A stretch of DNA of 64,000 nucleotides from a virus. The notes beneath the pieces were generated by a model that saw only the letters and a list, made by a program, of their open reading frames with translations, was not told the DNA's origin and searched no databases. Shown here piece after piece: positions 18,986 to 29,207 of this stretch. Position 1 is the first letter of the stretch. Each line of letters opens with the position of its first letter. The stretch lies in the IMG/VR virus record IMGVR_UViG_3300045988_112441. One strand, 5' to 3'. The position numbers and the translations under genes are program-made.

Positions 18986-19304
18986 GCTCTCTATTCTCAG
19001 CGGTTACATAAATAGTCCATACCATTTCCTTATCGTAAGGAGCCGAATCAAAATAATTAGGTTCCCATTCTTTGTCTTTAATATCTTCAACATCTCTATG
19101 GGAACGGATTACGAGCCAGTCTCTATTTTTTTCGTAGTGATAAACCTTCCAAACGCCAATCGGATTTATAATACAATCCTCGTACTCTTCGACATCACCG
19201 TCGTAAGCTGCAGCGATTCTTCCCGCTTTTTCTTTATCTTCAGTAATAGTAATAATTCGATAATTTGAATATTTACCTTCGGTTACTGCGTAATAAGTTT
19301 TCAT
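18900..19304 (-). CDS. Hypothetical protein
   Basis: ORF track. Confidence 0.4.
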   Translation of the reverse strand: MKTYYAVTEGKYSNYRIITITEDKEKAGRIAAAYDGDVEEYEDCIINPIGVWKVYHYEKNRDWLVIRSHRDVEDIKDKEWEPNYFDSAPYDKEMVWTIYVTAENRELAQKIAYDKYAQWKAEREGWHESFQEVY

Positions 19305-19381
19305 AATCCTCTCCTTAGCCGTAGCTTACTTCATTCTTATCGTTTCCACCCATCCAATAAAAGGAATCTTTTAACTTGTTT

Positions 19382-20695
19382 TTAGGCATAAGACACCTCG
19401 TTCTTGTCATCTCTAAATCTTACAAAGGTCGGGAATTGCAGGGACTCAGCGCCAGTTTTCTTGTCACAGCTGACCTCTTTGTATTTACACTCAACAATCT
19501 TGCCAATGTAGTCATCAGGATTCGCCCACACAGTAGCTCTCGTAGCGTCATCAAAGCCAGAGCCAATGCGTAGCTCATTACCCTTGTAGTCCACAACGAG
19601 AGCTCCCGTCGTGCCAGCCAGACGGTTCTGACCTTCCTCAATCGCGATGATTCGCAGGTCAACAGTATAAAAACGTTTTACTTTCAGGCATCCATTATGT
19701 CGTGCCCGGCGGTAAGGGACATCTCTGTTACAGACAAGTCCTTCCCAGTCATTTGCAACAGCATAATCAAGCCATTTAGCAATCTGTGAATGGTCGGTTC
19801 CTTCGTAGACCATCTCGACAACTTCAATGTTTTGAAGATTGTGCTGCTTGATTTTCTCTTTCAGCTCAAGAAGCCGCTGTTTACGAACTGAATACCGTTC
19901 AACACATTCGTCATTTTCAAACTGTCTCTGTAGAACCATATCGAAAATTACGAACTTGATGCAGCTCTTATCTGTAGAATCGCTGTTAATAATGCCTGTC
20001 CCAACAACGAAATTTTTGTTATCTGACAGACCATCGACATTCTTACGAATTAACTCTCCATCAAATACATAACCAAAATAGCCAGTATTTTTAATATCGT
20101 TGATAATGTGGTCAAGTCCAGTAAACTTTTGCGCCTGTCTGGAAATGAACTGACCATTGATAAAGGTGCCGCGCACTCCATTTAATTTGCGCGATACAAA
20201 AATCATTTCATCCCGCTTCAGTTTAACCTTGTCAATCGGATATCCCTGCTGTACCTCCCAGACAGGAACAATCTCTTCGCCGTACACCTTATTGATGGTA
20301 GCTGCCTCGACTCCGATCGGCAGGTTCTTAGTGAACAGTCGTTTCAGAAACTCTTCGTATTCAGGATTTTTATGTAAATAATTCTGGATTGTTGCGATGG
20401 ATGTATCAGAGCCTGTATTGTGACTAGCACCCATAATATAAAGGTATCCGCAGCTGAGATACTGAACATCGAAATCCGGCCTTGCGGTTACCTTCTTATT
20501 GATCTTTGCATTAGACAGGCCAGTAACAATTGCCGGGTCAAGCAGGAATCGGAAGAATGCCATTAACTCATCAGCTTCATCTCCAAAATCCTTACGTGCA
20601 TCCAGCAAAATGCGGGTCTTGTCCGTCTTTTTCTTTGCTTTCTGCAATGCCTTAACCATCGCATCAAGCTTACCTATGAGCTCTTTATCTGTCAT
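19382..20695 (-). CDS. lig: ATP-dependent DNA ligase
   Basis: 437 aa. Adenylation motif SRKLNGVRG (KxDG/KxNG), nucleotidyltransferase fold and OB-fold tail. Confidence 0.8.
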   Translation of the reverse strand: MTDKELIGKLDAMVKALQKAKKKTDKTRILLDARKDFGDEADELMAFFRFLLDPAIVTGLSNAKINKKVTARPDFDVQYLSCGYLYIMGASHNTGSDTSIATIQNYLHKNPEYEEFLKRLFTKNLPIGVEAATINKVYGEEIVPVWEVQQGYPIDKVKLKRDEMIFVSRKLNGVRGTFINGQFISRQAQKFTGLDHIINDIKNTGYFGYVFDGELIRKNVDGLSDNKNFVVGTGIINSDSTDKSCIKFVIFDMVLQRQFENDECVERYSVRKQRLLELKEKIKQHNLQNIEVVEMVYEGTDHSQIAKWLDYAVANDWEGLVCNRDVPYRRARHNGCLKVKRFYTVDLRIIAIEEGQNRLAGTTGALVVDYKGNELRIGSGFDDATRATVWANPDDYIGKIVECKYKEVSCDKKTGAESLQFPTFVRFRDDKNEVSYA

Positions 20696-20708
20696 AAAGC
20701 CTCCTTGT

Positions 20709-20726
20709 GTATCCTGTGTTATATAG
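20709..20726 (-). promoter_or_regulatory. Conserved 18-bp element GTATCCTGTGTTATATAG, copy a, just upstream of the ligase RBS
   Basis: One of at least seven near-identical copies of GTATCCTGT(G/A)TTA(C/T)ATAG, each just 5' of the RBS of a minus-strand gene. Confidence 0.5.
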
Positions 20727-20727
20727 T

Positions 20728-20768
20728 TATAGCTAATAAAGAAAGGCTTGTCGTTACGAGCAAGCCTT
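20728..20768 (-). terminator. Hairpin AAGGCTTG-N10-CAAGCCTT with flanking T-rich tracts
   Basis: 8-bp perfect stem, followed on the minus strand by TCTTTATT. Lies between the helicase and ligase operons. Confidence 0.4.
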
Positions 20769-20777
20769 CTCTTTCTC

Positions 20778-20795
20778 GTATCCTGTGTTATGCAT
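20778..20795 (-). promoter_or_regulatory. Conserved 18-bp element, copy b (GTATCCTGTGTTATGCAT)
   Basis: Sequence identity with the other copies. Confidence 0.4.
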
Positions 20796-20839
20796 CTAAA
20801 GAGAGAATTTTAAGCCTACGGGATGGAGACTTTTTATAA

Positions 20840-20857
20840 CTATATTATACAGGATAC
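20840..20857 (+). promoter_or_regulatory. Conserved 18-bp element, inverted copy c (CTATATTATACAGGATAC)
   Basis: Reverse complement of the element. Confidence 0.35.
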
Positions 20858-20868
20858 GAATATAATTG

Positions 20869-23800
20869 TCAATGCTTTTCTGAAAATTCTTTCCGTAAAA
20901 ATTCCTTCAAGAACGTCCGCTTGTATGGCACCCTCGAAGTCTTTACAGCCCGATCAAGAGCATGAGTTTCGGCGCAAATCACACAATACTTCTTGGCACG
21001 AGTAATGGCCGTATAGAGCCATTCTCTCGTCAGCATCAGGTATGCAGAGTTGTCCATACCAACAATCACATACGGAGCCTCACTGCCCTGTAGTTTATGA
21101 CAACTTAAAGCATAAGCAAGTTCAAGCGTTGCCCAGATGTTATTCCCACCAAAGTAATGCGGAATGAAGATCGTTCCCCATTGGTCAAAATCAACCAGAA
21201 TAAAACTAGTCTCAATCTTTCGGATAATGCCACGGTTTCCGTTGAACACCGGACACTTCTCTTCCTTTTTCTTTGTCTTGAGATTGTATGTGTGAAGTTC
21301 ATAATTGTTCTTGTTGATAATGACTTGATCGCCCTCACGCAGAGTATACACTCTATCCTTGCCATCACCATAGATTGTGACCTTTGCTTCTGCTTGACCA
21401 CGACTCGGATTCACAATTTCCTGAATAGCATTATTGACTTCATAAGTACAGATACTACCACGCAGCTTCTGTGGAAGTACAATCTGAATCTTCGCACTAT
21501 CATTCCCTACCTTATTATATAAGGTACGGTACTGATTGATGATGTGATTGAATGACTCACTTGCATCTTTATAGATATCAAGCTCCAAATCACGAAGTTC
21601 ACCACGAATCTCACTACCAGCCCAGCCATAAGGCACCAATTGCGTAGCATTGCGAACCTTGATGCTCTCCGTGATAATTGCAGACTTAGCTGCCTGACGA
21701 TGGATCTTAGTCAACCGAGCCACAGGAACAACCTTAGATGCAAGCATATCCTTGAAAATGTTACACATACCGATGCTCTCAAGCTGTCCGTCATCACCAA
21801 TCATGATGAATCGCTTTCCGGTCTCGATTGCCTGAATCAAGTCATAGAACAACTGAGCTCCAACCATAGATGTCTCATCCAGAATGATAATATCTTCTTC
21901 AAGAGGATTGTCCTTGTTATGAATGAAACCACCATTCTCAATATCATAACCAAGAAGACGATGAATGGTCTTCCCGTCCTGACCAGTAATCTCCTGCATA
22001 CGAGCTGCGGCACGTCCAGAGAGTGCAGTCTGAGCGAAAGACTTACCGTGAAGGACCTTTAGAACACCAGCGACAACGGTACTTTTACCGGTGTTGCCTG
22101 TGACACAAATTCTTCCATTATATCTTATCAGAAACATATGAGACGGAACCGTAAAACAATACTTATATCCATCGCTTGAACGAACAATATCAATATCGCT
22201 TTTACTGCCTTTTGTCATAAGAGAAACTTTTCCATTCGAGTGTTGCACAATATGAACATTATACTCTGTGACCATTCTACCGTGCCGTTCAATATTTGAT
22301 TCATGTACAACAGAACGATAACCACAAGAAGAAAATGCGAACTGAACAAAATCTGCCGTTTCTTTAATCAGTGTACTAAAATCTTTCCGTCTCCCCTCTT
22401 TTACGTGACCGTCCCAATTTAGAATCTCATCGCAAATCACCTCTAGCTGATGATGATTACAGCTATACCAATACGAAGTAAATCTTTTTTCTTTTCTTGG
22501 AGCATAAAAGACAAAGTTCGAATATTCCAAGTCTTTTGGATTCCACTGATGCTCATCAAAGTATCTACCACTTTCCAAAAGAAGTCTTCTCATGCGAAGT
22601 TTCTTTCGCTCTTTTTTTACGTTTACTCTACACCAAGCTGATTTATGATCCTTCAAAAACGACCCATCGCAAATAACAGCACACATTAGTCTAATATCAG
22701 CATCGCTCAAATCGATTCCTGGACCATCATAATTGAACGTTGTTATAAAATGTCCGTTAAACCCAGACTTTCGTTTAACATTTCTTTGATACAACTCCCA
22801 CATTGGGATTTTAGCTAAATTGTTTTTGCTGGTCAAGTAAACAACATTATGCTCTGCACTCAATAGTTGATTGATACTGCCCGACTTGTTTTTCATGTGA
22901 TATAGATATTCACATTTAAATTTTACATATTTCTCAGGCTCAACAAGCGTTGTAGTCCCATTTTCATTATATTGAAGAACTTTGTCGCCCTTAACATAAT
23001 CTTTTATTTTTTTCCATTGGATACCATTAAAGAACTCCATCTCTGCATCAAGGCATCCGCCGTAACCTGTTAAGATACAGACGTTGCTAGAGCATACCTT
23101 TTTAATAGCATCTCTCTGCTCTTCAGTGTACTCGATACCAAGTTCATCCTCGGCCTCATTGATTGTTGCATCCATATTTCGACCAATCGGCTCAACAGGA
23201 ACATCCGCCAGACGCTTGATTTCCTTCGCAATACTATCTTCCAGATTCCACACTCTAGTTAAAGCAAATTCCTGACGGTCATCGCTCCACCAAAGCGTTT
23301 CACGAGCATCATGCAAATGGAAAAGTGCCCTTTTGATGACTTCTTGGTCACCCTCATTCAAATCAAGTTCCTTAATACAGCTATTGATTGTCTGGTTTGC
23401 CGAGATGATAGAGTTGCCTTCTTCGGCACGGCCAGCAAGAAAGTGCATGACGTAAGCTTCAATTCTAAATTGCGAATTGTGTTTCAACCCCATATTCAGA
23501 GCTAGAGCGTCAGCCTTCTTCCAGCCGATGCCATACACATCGTCAATCAGGACGTAAGGATTCTCTTCAATCTTTCTCACCAGAGTGTCTGCACCATGAT
23601 ATTGACGGACAAGCTTTTCAATAGCACTAGGGGTCAGACCGTACTCAATTAGCTTTGTGTACGCATCACTGTTATCAATGTTGTTTTCATAAGTATCAAT
23701 GATCTTTTGAGCTCTGCCTTCCGTAATACCACTAACAGTGCAAAGCGACTTGATATCACCATTCTTGATAATCTCATACGGATTTTCGAATGCTTCATAA

Positions 23801-24162
23801 AGTATCTCAAACTGATGGTCGGTCAGGATATAATGGAGAAAGCTTTTCTGTTCTTCCGGGTCAGTAATCTCTTGAAACTCATTCATATAAATGATTTTAT
23901 ACTGGTCACCAAACTTTTCATGATGAACATACTCACCACAGAACGAATAAGTTTTATTCATATCGAGGCTAGGAACGTTGCCCTTTAACCGGAGGTCACT
24001 GTATCGACTCATAACAGGATTTCCCTGCTTGACTTTTACCACCTCGGCAGAGAAAGTGGCGAAGCCGCCGGGCTCCACCTCCCTCCCATCTTTCGGATAA
24101 AAGACTCGTTTTATCCTGATGTAGCAACGGATCATATTTTCATTGAATTTTTTATCTGCCAC
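20869..24162 (-). CDS. RecD-like SF1 DNA helicase with an intein in the Walker A P-loop
   Basis: 1097 aa. N-terminal HhH-like domain. GYGG|C...intein...N|TGKST. Helicase motifs DETSMV, IMIGDDGQL, HKLQGSEA, ITRAKK. Confidence 0.8.
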   Translation of the reverse strand: MADKKFNENMIRCYIRIKRVFYPKDGREVEPGGFATFSAEVVKVKQGNPVMSRYSDLRLKGNVPSLDMNKTYSFCGEYVHHEKFGDQYKIIYMNEFQEITDPEEQKSFLHYILTDHQFEILYEAFENPYEIIKNGDIKSLCTVSGITEGRAQKIIDTYENNIDNSDAYTKLIEYGLTPSAIEKLVRQYHGADTLVRKIEENPYVLIDDVYGIGWKKADALALNMGLKHNSQFRIEAYVMHFLAGRAEEGNSIISANQTINSCIKELDLNEGDQEVIKRALFHLHDARETLWWSDDRQEFALTRVWNLEDSIAKEIKRLADVPVEPIGRNMDATINEAEDELGIEYTEEQRDAIKKVCSSNVCILTGYGGCLDAEMEFFNGIQWKKIKDYVKGDKVLQYNENGTTTLVEPEKYVKFKCEYLYHMKNKSGSINQLLSAEHNVVYLTSKNNLAKIPMWELYQRNVKRKSGFNGHFITTFNYDGPGIDLSDADIRLMCAVICDGSFLKDHKSAWCRVNVKKERKKLRMRRLLLESGRYFDEHQWNPKDLEYSNFVFYAPRKEKRFTSYWYSCNHHQLEVICDEILNWDGHVKEGRRKDFSTLIKETADFVQFAFSSCGYRSVVHESNIERHGRMVTEYNVHIVQHSNGKVSLMTKGSKSDIDIVRSSDGYKYCFTVPSHMFLIRYNGRICVTGNTGKSTVVAGVLKVLHGKSFAQTALSGRAAARMQEITGQDGKTIHRLLGYDIENGGFIHNKDNPLEEDIIILDETSMVGAQLFYDLIQAIETGKRFIMIGDDGQLESIGMCNIFKDMLASKVVPVARLTKIHRQAAKSAIITESIKVRNATQLVPYGWAGSEIRGELRDLELDIYKDASESFNHIINQYRTLYNKVGNDSAKIQIVLPQKLRGSICTYEVNNAIQEIVNPSRGQAEAKVTIYGDGKDRVYTLREGDQVIINKNNYELHTYNLKTKKKEEKCPVFNGNRGIIRKIETSFILVDFDQWGTIFIPHYFGGNNIWATLELAYALSCHKLQGSEAPYVIVGMDNSAYLMLTREWLYTAITRAKKYCVICAETHALDRAVKTSRVPYKRTFLKEFLRKEFSEKH
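22093..23055 (-). mobile_element. Intein (about 321 aa) with a LAGLIDADG-type homing endonuclease domain, inside the helicase P-loop
   Basis: The host P-loop reads ILTGYGG-[CLDAEM...VTGN]-TGKST. Intein starts with Cys and ends with Asn followed by Thr. Internal LMCAVICDGSF and FAFSSCGY motifs. Confidence 0.7.
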
Positions 24163-24174
24163 TTTATAACCCTC

Positions 24175-27100
24175 TTACGCTATCTCTCTATCATGCAGCC
24201 ACTGCTTATAAGGCTTCATCTTCTCAACAATGTACGAATTTTCTTTTCTCTTGCAAAGGATTGCAAGATCGTTACCCTTTGAAATCAGACTTGAATATCG
24301 TGCATACTGAGATGCCCAACAAATCATTTCGACAATACCACCTGTCGTGTAAACATGTAAGTACGCAAACTGGTTGCCACGTTTATCCTTCTTTTTTTGG
24401 ATATCTACGATGACACAAATAGCAGTTGCCTTACCGCCATCCTCTACAGTATCAAGACCAGCATCAATATAGGTGCAAGCATCCTTAATGGGATTGCTAG
24501 TCAAAAACATTGAAAGAGTTTCAAATTCCCACATGTGCTCGTCTTGCATATACTTTTCAGCAAACGCCTGCATAAATGCATTCCGCTTTTTGTCTTTTTC
24601 TTTCTTTCGATTCCATGTGCCCGCTTCCCAGCGCTCCCTTCTTACCTTATTATATAAGGCAAGTCTGGTTGGTTTGTCTTTAACAGAGTCCGTATCAATG
24701 CCGTATTCGTCTTTAAGAATGGAAATCTTAGGGAGAGACGCCATCTCATGGAATCCTTTCTCTTTATACTCATTCTCAAAAACCATATTTGCAAAAGTGA
24801 TTAAGATTTTTTTCTTATCCTTTGTCGGGATAGCGCCAGCCTTAATCAACTTGACAACATTTGAGGTTCCAATCTTACCACCGTTTGCTCTCTGAACAAA
24901 GTCTGCCAGTCCAGAATATGGACGGTCTGCAATCACTCCTGAAGCGACACTCTCACCCATTCCCTTAATGGCTTTCAAACCAAACAGGATTGTGTGCTTT
25001 TCCGCATCAGCCTTAAATTCCATATCAGACTTGTTGACACTTGGAGGAAGGACACGAATATGTAGACGGTCGCATTCGTTGATAAACACACCCATTTTGC
25101 CAGAATCGTCTTCCTTGGTAATCATACACGCAGCCATGAAATACTCAGTATAATGAGTTTTCAGGTAAGCCGTCAGGTAAGAAAGAAGTCCATACGCAAC
25201 TGCGTGGCCTCTATTAAAGGAATAAGAAGCCTGCTTCAAGATTAGTGCCCACATCTCAGAAATCTGGTAATCATTCCATCCTTTCTTGTGAAGACCATCT
25301 CGGAACTGAACTTCCAAGGATGCCATAACATCTTTCTTTTTCTTGCCGATAGCACGACGAGCATTGTCAACCTCAGTTTCAGGGAATCCTGCATAGCGGA
25401 ATACCGCTAGTGCCTGTTCCTGATAAAGAAGAATGTATTGCGTCTTAGCAAAAAGCTGTTTGATGTCAGGATGGAGTAGTTTGATAGTCTCTGGATGAAG
25501 TTTATTGGAGCAATACGTCGGGAAGCTGTCCTTAGTACCAGGACGATTCGCTGCGTTCACAACAATGATATCCTCAGCATTATCGCACTTTGCTTCAACA
25601 CACATCTTTCGTGCTTCTGCAGATTCCATCTGGAAAATGCCAATTGTGTTGCCCGACTTGTAGACGGTATCATAGACAGCCTTATCACTTAGATCAAGAT
25701 GGTTGATATCGACATCTTCCCATGTTAATCCAGCCATCTTTAACGTATCGTCAATAATGTCCAGATTCTCAAGACCAAGGAAGTCCATCTTGACCAGCGA
25801 CAAATCATCCATGGCATTGTGCATCTCAAGTTGGCACATCTGATTGCCTTCTCTGTCCATACAAAGAGGACAATATTCAATGACAGGCTTGGGCGTAATC
25901 AATGTACCGGCAGCATGGCGACCCATACTCTTAGGCAGACCCTCAAGACGCATAACGTATTTGAACCATAGAGGAAACTTGTCATATACATTAGAAAGCT
26001 GTTCACTCTTTCCGAGGATATCCTTTAGTAGAACTTCCTTTTCAACTTCTTCGCCAAGATCATCCAGCGTTTTTACAGTCGGAATTAACTTGGCGACCTC
26101 ATTACGTAATTCATACGGAATCTGCATATAATACGGGCTTTCTGGGTCTTCGTTCAGAACTTTGCCAATATCTTTGATGGCAACTTTTGTAGACAAAGAG
26201 TTAAACGTAGCGATAGGAGCAACATTTTCTTTGCCGAAAAGTTCTTCTGCAATAGCAATAAGTTCCTTTCGACGACGTTTAGAGACATCGAAGTCGAAGT
26301 CGGCCAGGCTCTTTCTACCTTTGTTTGCAAAGCGAGAGAAGTCAAGATCCCAACGAACAGAGTCAATCTGAGTAACATTCTCCATAAAAAGGCAAAGACA
26401 ATTTGCGCCAGAACCACGAGAGTACCCACGAGGAATTTTGCGTTCATCAGCCTTTTTGCAAAGCATATACAGCATAATGAAATAGTCAATATAATCAACA
26501 TACTTCAAAACATCCAGTTCCATCTCAATACGATTCCGCCGGGTTTGCTGTTCCACTTCACTCATCCACCCGAATTTTTTATTAAAAGTGGCATATACAA
26601 GGTGCCGAAGATAATCAAAATGAGAATCAAATTTTCCCTCAATTTTCACTTCTGGCATCTGGTTCGGCTGTCCAAGACCGATATCGATATCATCAATCAT
26701 GTCTGCGATTTTCACAGACATCTCACAGCCTTTTTTGATAAAGTCCTCATCAAACTGCTTTGATAGCGTTCTCAAAACATCGTTTTCAGTCTGAAGATAG
26801 CAGTCAACGTAGCTTTCACCAACTTCTCGGCCTTCTCCAATCTCAACAAAGACAGAGTGTGCATCAATATCTTCTTTAGAAAGCATGTGAGCATCGGTCG
26901 TAATGGTATACGGCAAGTCGTATTTCCTAATAAACGCCGCAATTTTTGCATTGGCCTCAGCTTGATCTGGCGTATCATGTGACTGTACTTCCATAAACAC
27001 GTCATCAAAGATCCATTCCAGTTTGTTCCATAACTGCCATGCTTCAGTCTCGTTGCCATCAACAAGTAATCTACTCATTCGACCAACTTGACAGGCTGTA

Positions 27101-27519
27101 AGACAGATGATACCTTTACCCCACTCGTTCTGTTCAATAATGTTCAAAGAAGTTCGAGGCTTTTTATACATACCATCAACGCAAGCATTTGAAACAATCT
27201 TAAATAGATTTTTTAAACCGGTCTCGTTCTTTGCTAGTAAAACAAGATGGTAACGAGGTTGTTTATAGTCTTTTGTATCGGCTTTCTCTGCCTGATTATC
27301 TACTTCATAGACTTCACAGCCGATGATAGGCTTAATACCTGCTTCCTTGCAAGCCTTAACTTGGTCAACAAAAGAGTGCATTTTTCCGTGGTCTGTAACC
27401 GCGATTGCTTTCTGGCCATTTTCTTTGGCAAAGTTTACAAGTTCCTTGACGGTAAGAATAGAGTCAAGTAACGAACCCTGCGCTGTATGTACATGAAGAT
27501 TTACAAAATTATCTGACAT
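24175..27519 (-). CDS. dnaE: DNA polymerase III alpha subunit
   Basis: 1114 aa. N-terminal PHP domain (HVHTAQGSLLD...VTDHG), polymerase core and OB domain. GGAGG RBS. Confidence 0.9.
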   Translation of the reverse strand: MSDNFVNLHVHTAQGSLLDSILTVKELVNFAKENGQKAIAVTDHGKMHSFVDQVKACKEAGIKPIIGCEVYEVDNQAEKADTKDYKQPRYHLVLLAKNETGLKNLFKIVSNACVDGMYKKPRTSLNIIEQNEWGKGIICLTACQVGRMSRLLVDGNETEAWQLWNKLEWIFDDVFMEVQSHDTPDQAEANAKIAAFIRKYDLPYTITTDAHMLSKEDIDAHSVFVEIGEGREVGESYVDCYLQTENDVLRTLSKQFDEDFIKKGCEMSVKIADMIDDIDIGLGQPNQMPEVKIEGKFDSHFDYLRHLVYATFNKKFGWMSEVEQQTRRNRIEMELDVLKYVDYIDYFIMLYMLCKKADERKIPRGYSRGSGANCLCLFMENVTQIDSVRWDLDFSRFANKGRKSLADFDFDVSKRRRKELIAIAEELFGKENVAPIATFNSLSTKVAIKDIGKVLNEDPESPYYMQIPYELRNEVAKLIPTVKTLDDLGEEVEKEVLLKDILGKSEQLSNVYDKFPLWFKYVMRLEGLPKSMGRHAAGTLITPKPVIEYCPLCMDREGNQMCQLEMHNAMDDLSLVKMDFLGLENLDIIDDTLKMAGLTWEDVDINHLDLSDKAVYDTVYKSGNTIGIFQMESAEARKMCVEAKCDNAEDIIVVNAANRPGTKDSFPTYCSNKLHPETIKLLHPDIKQLFAKTQYILLYQEQALAVFRYAGFPETEVDNARRAIGKKKKDVMASLEVQFRDGLHKKGWNDYQISEMWALILKQASYSFNRGHAVAYGLLSYLTAYLKTHYTEYFMAACMITKEDDSGKMGVFINECDRLHIRVLPPSVNKSDMEFKADAEKHTILFGLKAIKGMGESVASGVIADRPYSGLADFVQRANGGKIGTSNVVKLIKAGAIPTKDKKKILITFANMVFENEYKEKGFHEMASLPKISILKDEYGIDTDSVKDKPTRLALYNKVRRERWEAGTWNRKKEKDKKRNAFMQAFAEKYMQDEHMWEFETLSMFLTSNPIKDACTYIDAGLDTVEDGGKATAICVIVDIQKKKDKRGNQFAYLHVYTTGGIVEMICWASQYARYSSLISKGNDLAILCKRKENSYIVEKMKPYKQWLHDREIA

Positions 27520-27860
27520 CTATTCTCCTTCCACCATTAAAACTGATTACGTTCCTTCAGGCGCTTAATCCAACGCTTGCGCTTTTCATCGGCAGTAATA
27601 TTTGCGTGCTCAAAAAAAATCATAAATACGGTCATCGTCGTCATCAAACAACGCATATAGGCAATTGAGTACATCGCCATATTCTTCATTCAAATCAGCC
27701 CACGCTTCACGAATACTTACTGGTGTAGGGTTCTTTTCTATCACGAGCCCGGCGAAGCTTTAATGCCGCCTTTGCAACTTCAGAAGCCTCTTCTGACAAC
27801 TGCGCTAAAATTTCATTCTCGTCGATATAATCAAGGACTCGCAGACCTTTATTTCTATCT
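27520..27860 (-). pseudogene. Fragmented small gene (three consecutive reading frames, no ATG start)
   Basis: Protein-like segments ...ILAQLSEEASEVAKAALKLRRARDRKEP / TPVSIREAWADLNEEYGDVLNCLYALFDDDDDRIYDFF / EHANITADEKRKRWIKRLKERNQF lie in three frames. One join is at an A8 run (27612-27619). Confidence 0.3.
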
Positions 27861-28622
27861 TTAACCATCACTCTTCACCTTGTCTCCAAACTTAATAATG
27901 TCATCAAAAAGCATCACATAGTCATCAGTGTATTTATTTCCATGGAAGTGACCAAAATACCAGAACGGTTTACAATCGTTAGGATAACATTCGTATATAT
28001 CATCAAAGAATATTTCAGTTGACTGGTCTACTGTGCTTTGATCAATACCACCGATAAACAATTCAGTTGGAATGAACCGGAATGGACAGGTATGCGTGAG
28101 CATAACATCAATATCATCGATTTGAGGGTCATGTGTAATATTCCAGATCTTTTTCTTAGTCTTTTCACTCGGCTGTTCATTCGGCCACCAGTTCCATCCA
28201 CGTTCCAACCGATAATATTTATCTACGGAATAAGCTCCGCCGCAAACAAGACAGTTCAGAATTTCCCTATCAGCAAGAATCTGGTAAACTTCGCCATCAA
28301 TAGCAAAATACTGATTGGGATAATGTGGGTCATGCCACACTTTTCCGCAAATATCTCCACTGATTTCCTTTGTCTTATAGCCATCCTTACGAGACGGGCG
28401 GCGTTCGTGATTTCCATGAATGCAGAATAAATTCGCAGGGATGTCCGCAGCAATGGTCTTAATGCTCCATTCACGAGAATCATCCTTGCCGTAGTAATTC
28501 AAACCAACATCGCCAAGGCAGATAATCCAATCATTCTTTCCAAGATTGTGTCTAATGCAAAACTTATTTAGCTTTAAGAGACGATTAAAGTCGCCGTGAA
28601 TATCGCCTGTAATATAAACCAT
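27861..28622 (-). CDS. Calcineurin-like metallophosphoesterase
   Basis: GDIHGD, GDVGLNYYG, GNHE motifs. Confidence 0.7.
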   Translation of the reverse strand: MVYITGDIHGDFNRLLKLNKFCIRHNLGKNDWIICLGDVGLNYYGKDDSREWSIKTIAADIPANLFCIHGNHERRPSRKDGYKTKEISGDICGKVWHDPHYPNQYFAIDGEVYQILADREILNCLVCGGAYSVDKYYRLERGWNWWPNEQPSEKTKKKIWNITHDPQIDDIDVMLTHTCPFRFIPTELFIGGIDQSTVDQSTEIFFDDIYECYPNDCKPFWYFGHFHGNKYTDDYVMLFDDIIKFGDKVKSDG

Positions 28623-28631
28623 ATACTCACC

Positions 28632-28880
28632 TCACTCAAAATCTTCTTTATCAATCACATAAGTTCGTGGATAAAACCTATCGTTTCTATCACCGAAAAT
28701 ATCAACAAAGTAGACTTTAACAATCTCAAACTTACGATTACACTCTTTGCTTTTTAGCATTTTAACTGCATCTCTTGCATTTTCAGCGTAGATTTCTCTG
28801 TGTAAGTTGTGATATTTCTTGAGCGTATAATTATATGTACGGTAATCAATTTTGTAATATCTATATCGTCGTTTTTCCAT
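28632..28880 (-). CDS. Hypothetical protein
   Basis: ORF track. Confidence 0.4.
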   Translation of the reverse strand: MEKRRYRYYKIDYRTYNYTLKKYHNLHREIYAENARDAVKMLKSKECNRKFEIVKVYFVDIFGDRNDRFYPRTYVIDKEDFE

Positions 28881-28883
28881 TTT

Positions 28884-29207
28884 TCATTCAAAATCAAGAA
28901 CAATCATATCTCCCATACCTTCATAGAAAACATGATCCATCTTAAATTTCTCACTAACCGATCCGTGGTCAGTTTCGATACAAATCTCCCAATCTGGATG
29001 CTGCTCTGCAAATTTATCAAGAATATGAGTCAATTCATCCGGTTCAATAATATGAGCACCATCATTTAAAATCTGATTAAATGCTGTATCTTCCCGAAGT
29101 GGTTCTAAATCTGCAATAGTATGTGCAAGTGATTGATGTGCTTTGTCAAGCAAATTTAATGGCAAATCGTAATTACCAACTTTATTCATTGTCAACCAAC
29201 TCTCCAT
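28884..29207 (-). CDS. Hypothetical acidic protein
   Basis: ORF track. Confidence 0.4.
   Translation of the reverse strand: MESWLTMNKVGNYDLPLNLLDKAHQSLAHTIADLEPLREDTAFNQILNDGAHIIEPDELTHILDKFAEQHPDWEICIETDHGSVSEKFKMDHVFYEGMGDMIVLDFE

Noticed and set aside
24175-27519. Checked dnaE for an intein like the one in the helicase
   Set aside because: At 1114 aa the protein has the normal DnaE size, and the PHP and polymerase regions are contiguous.
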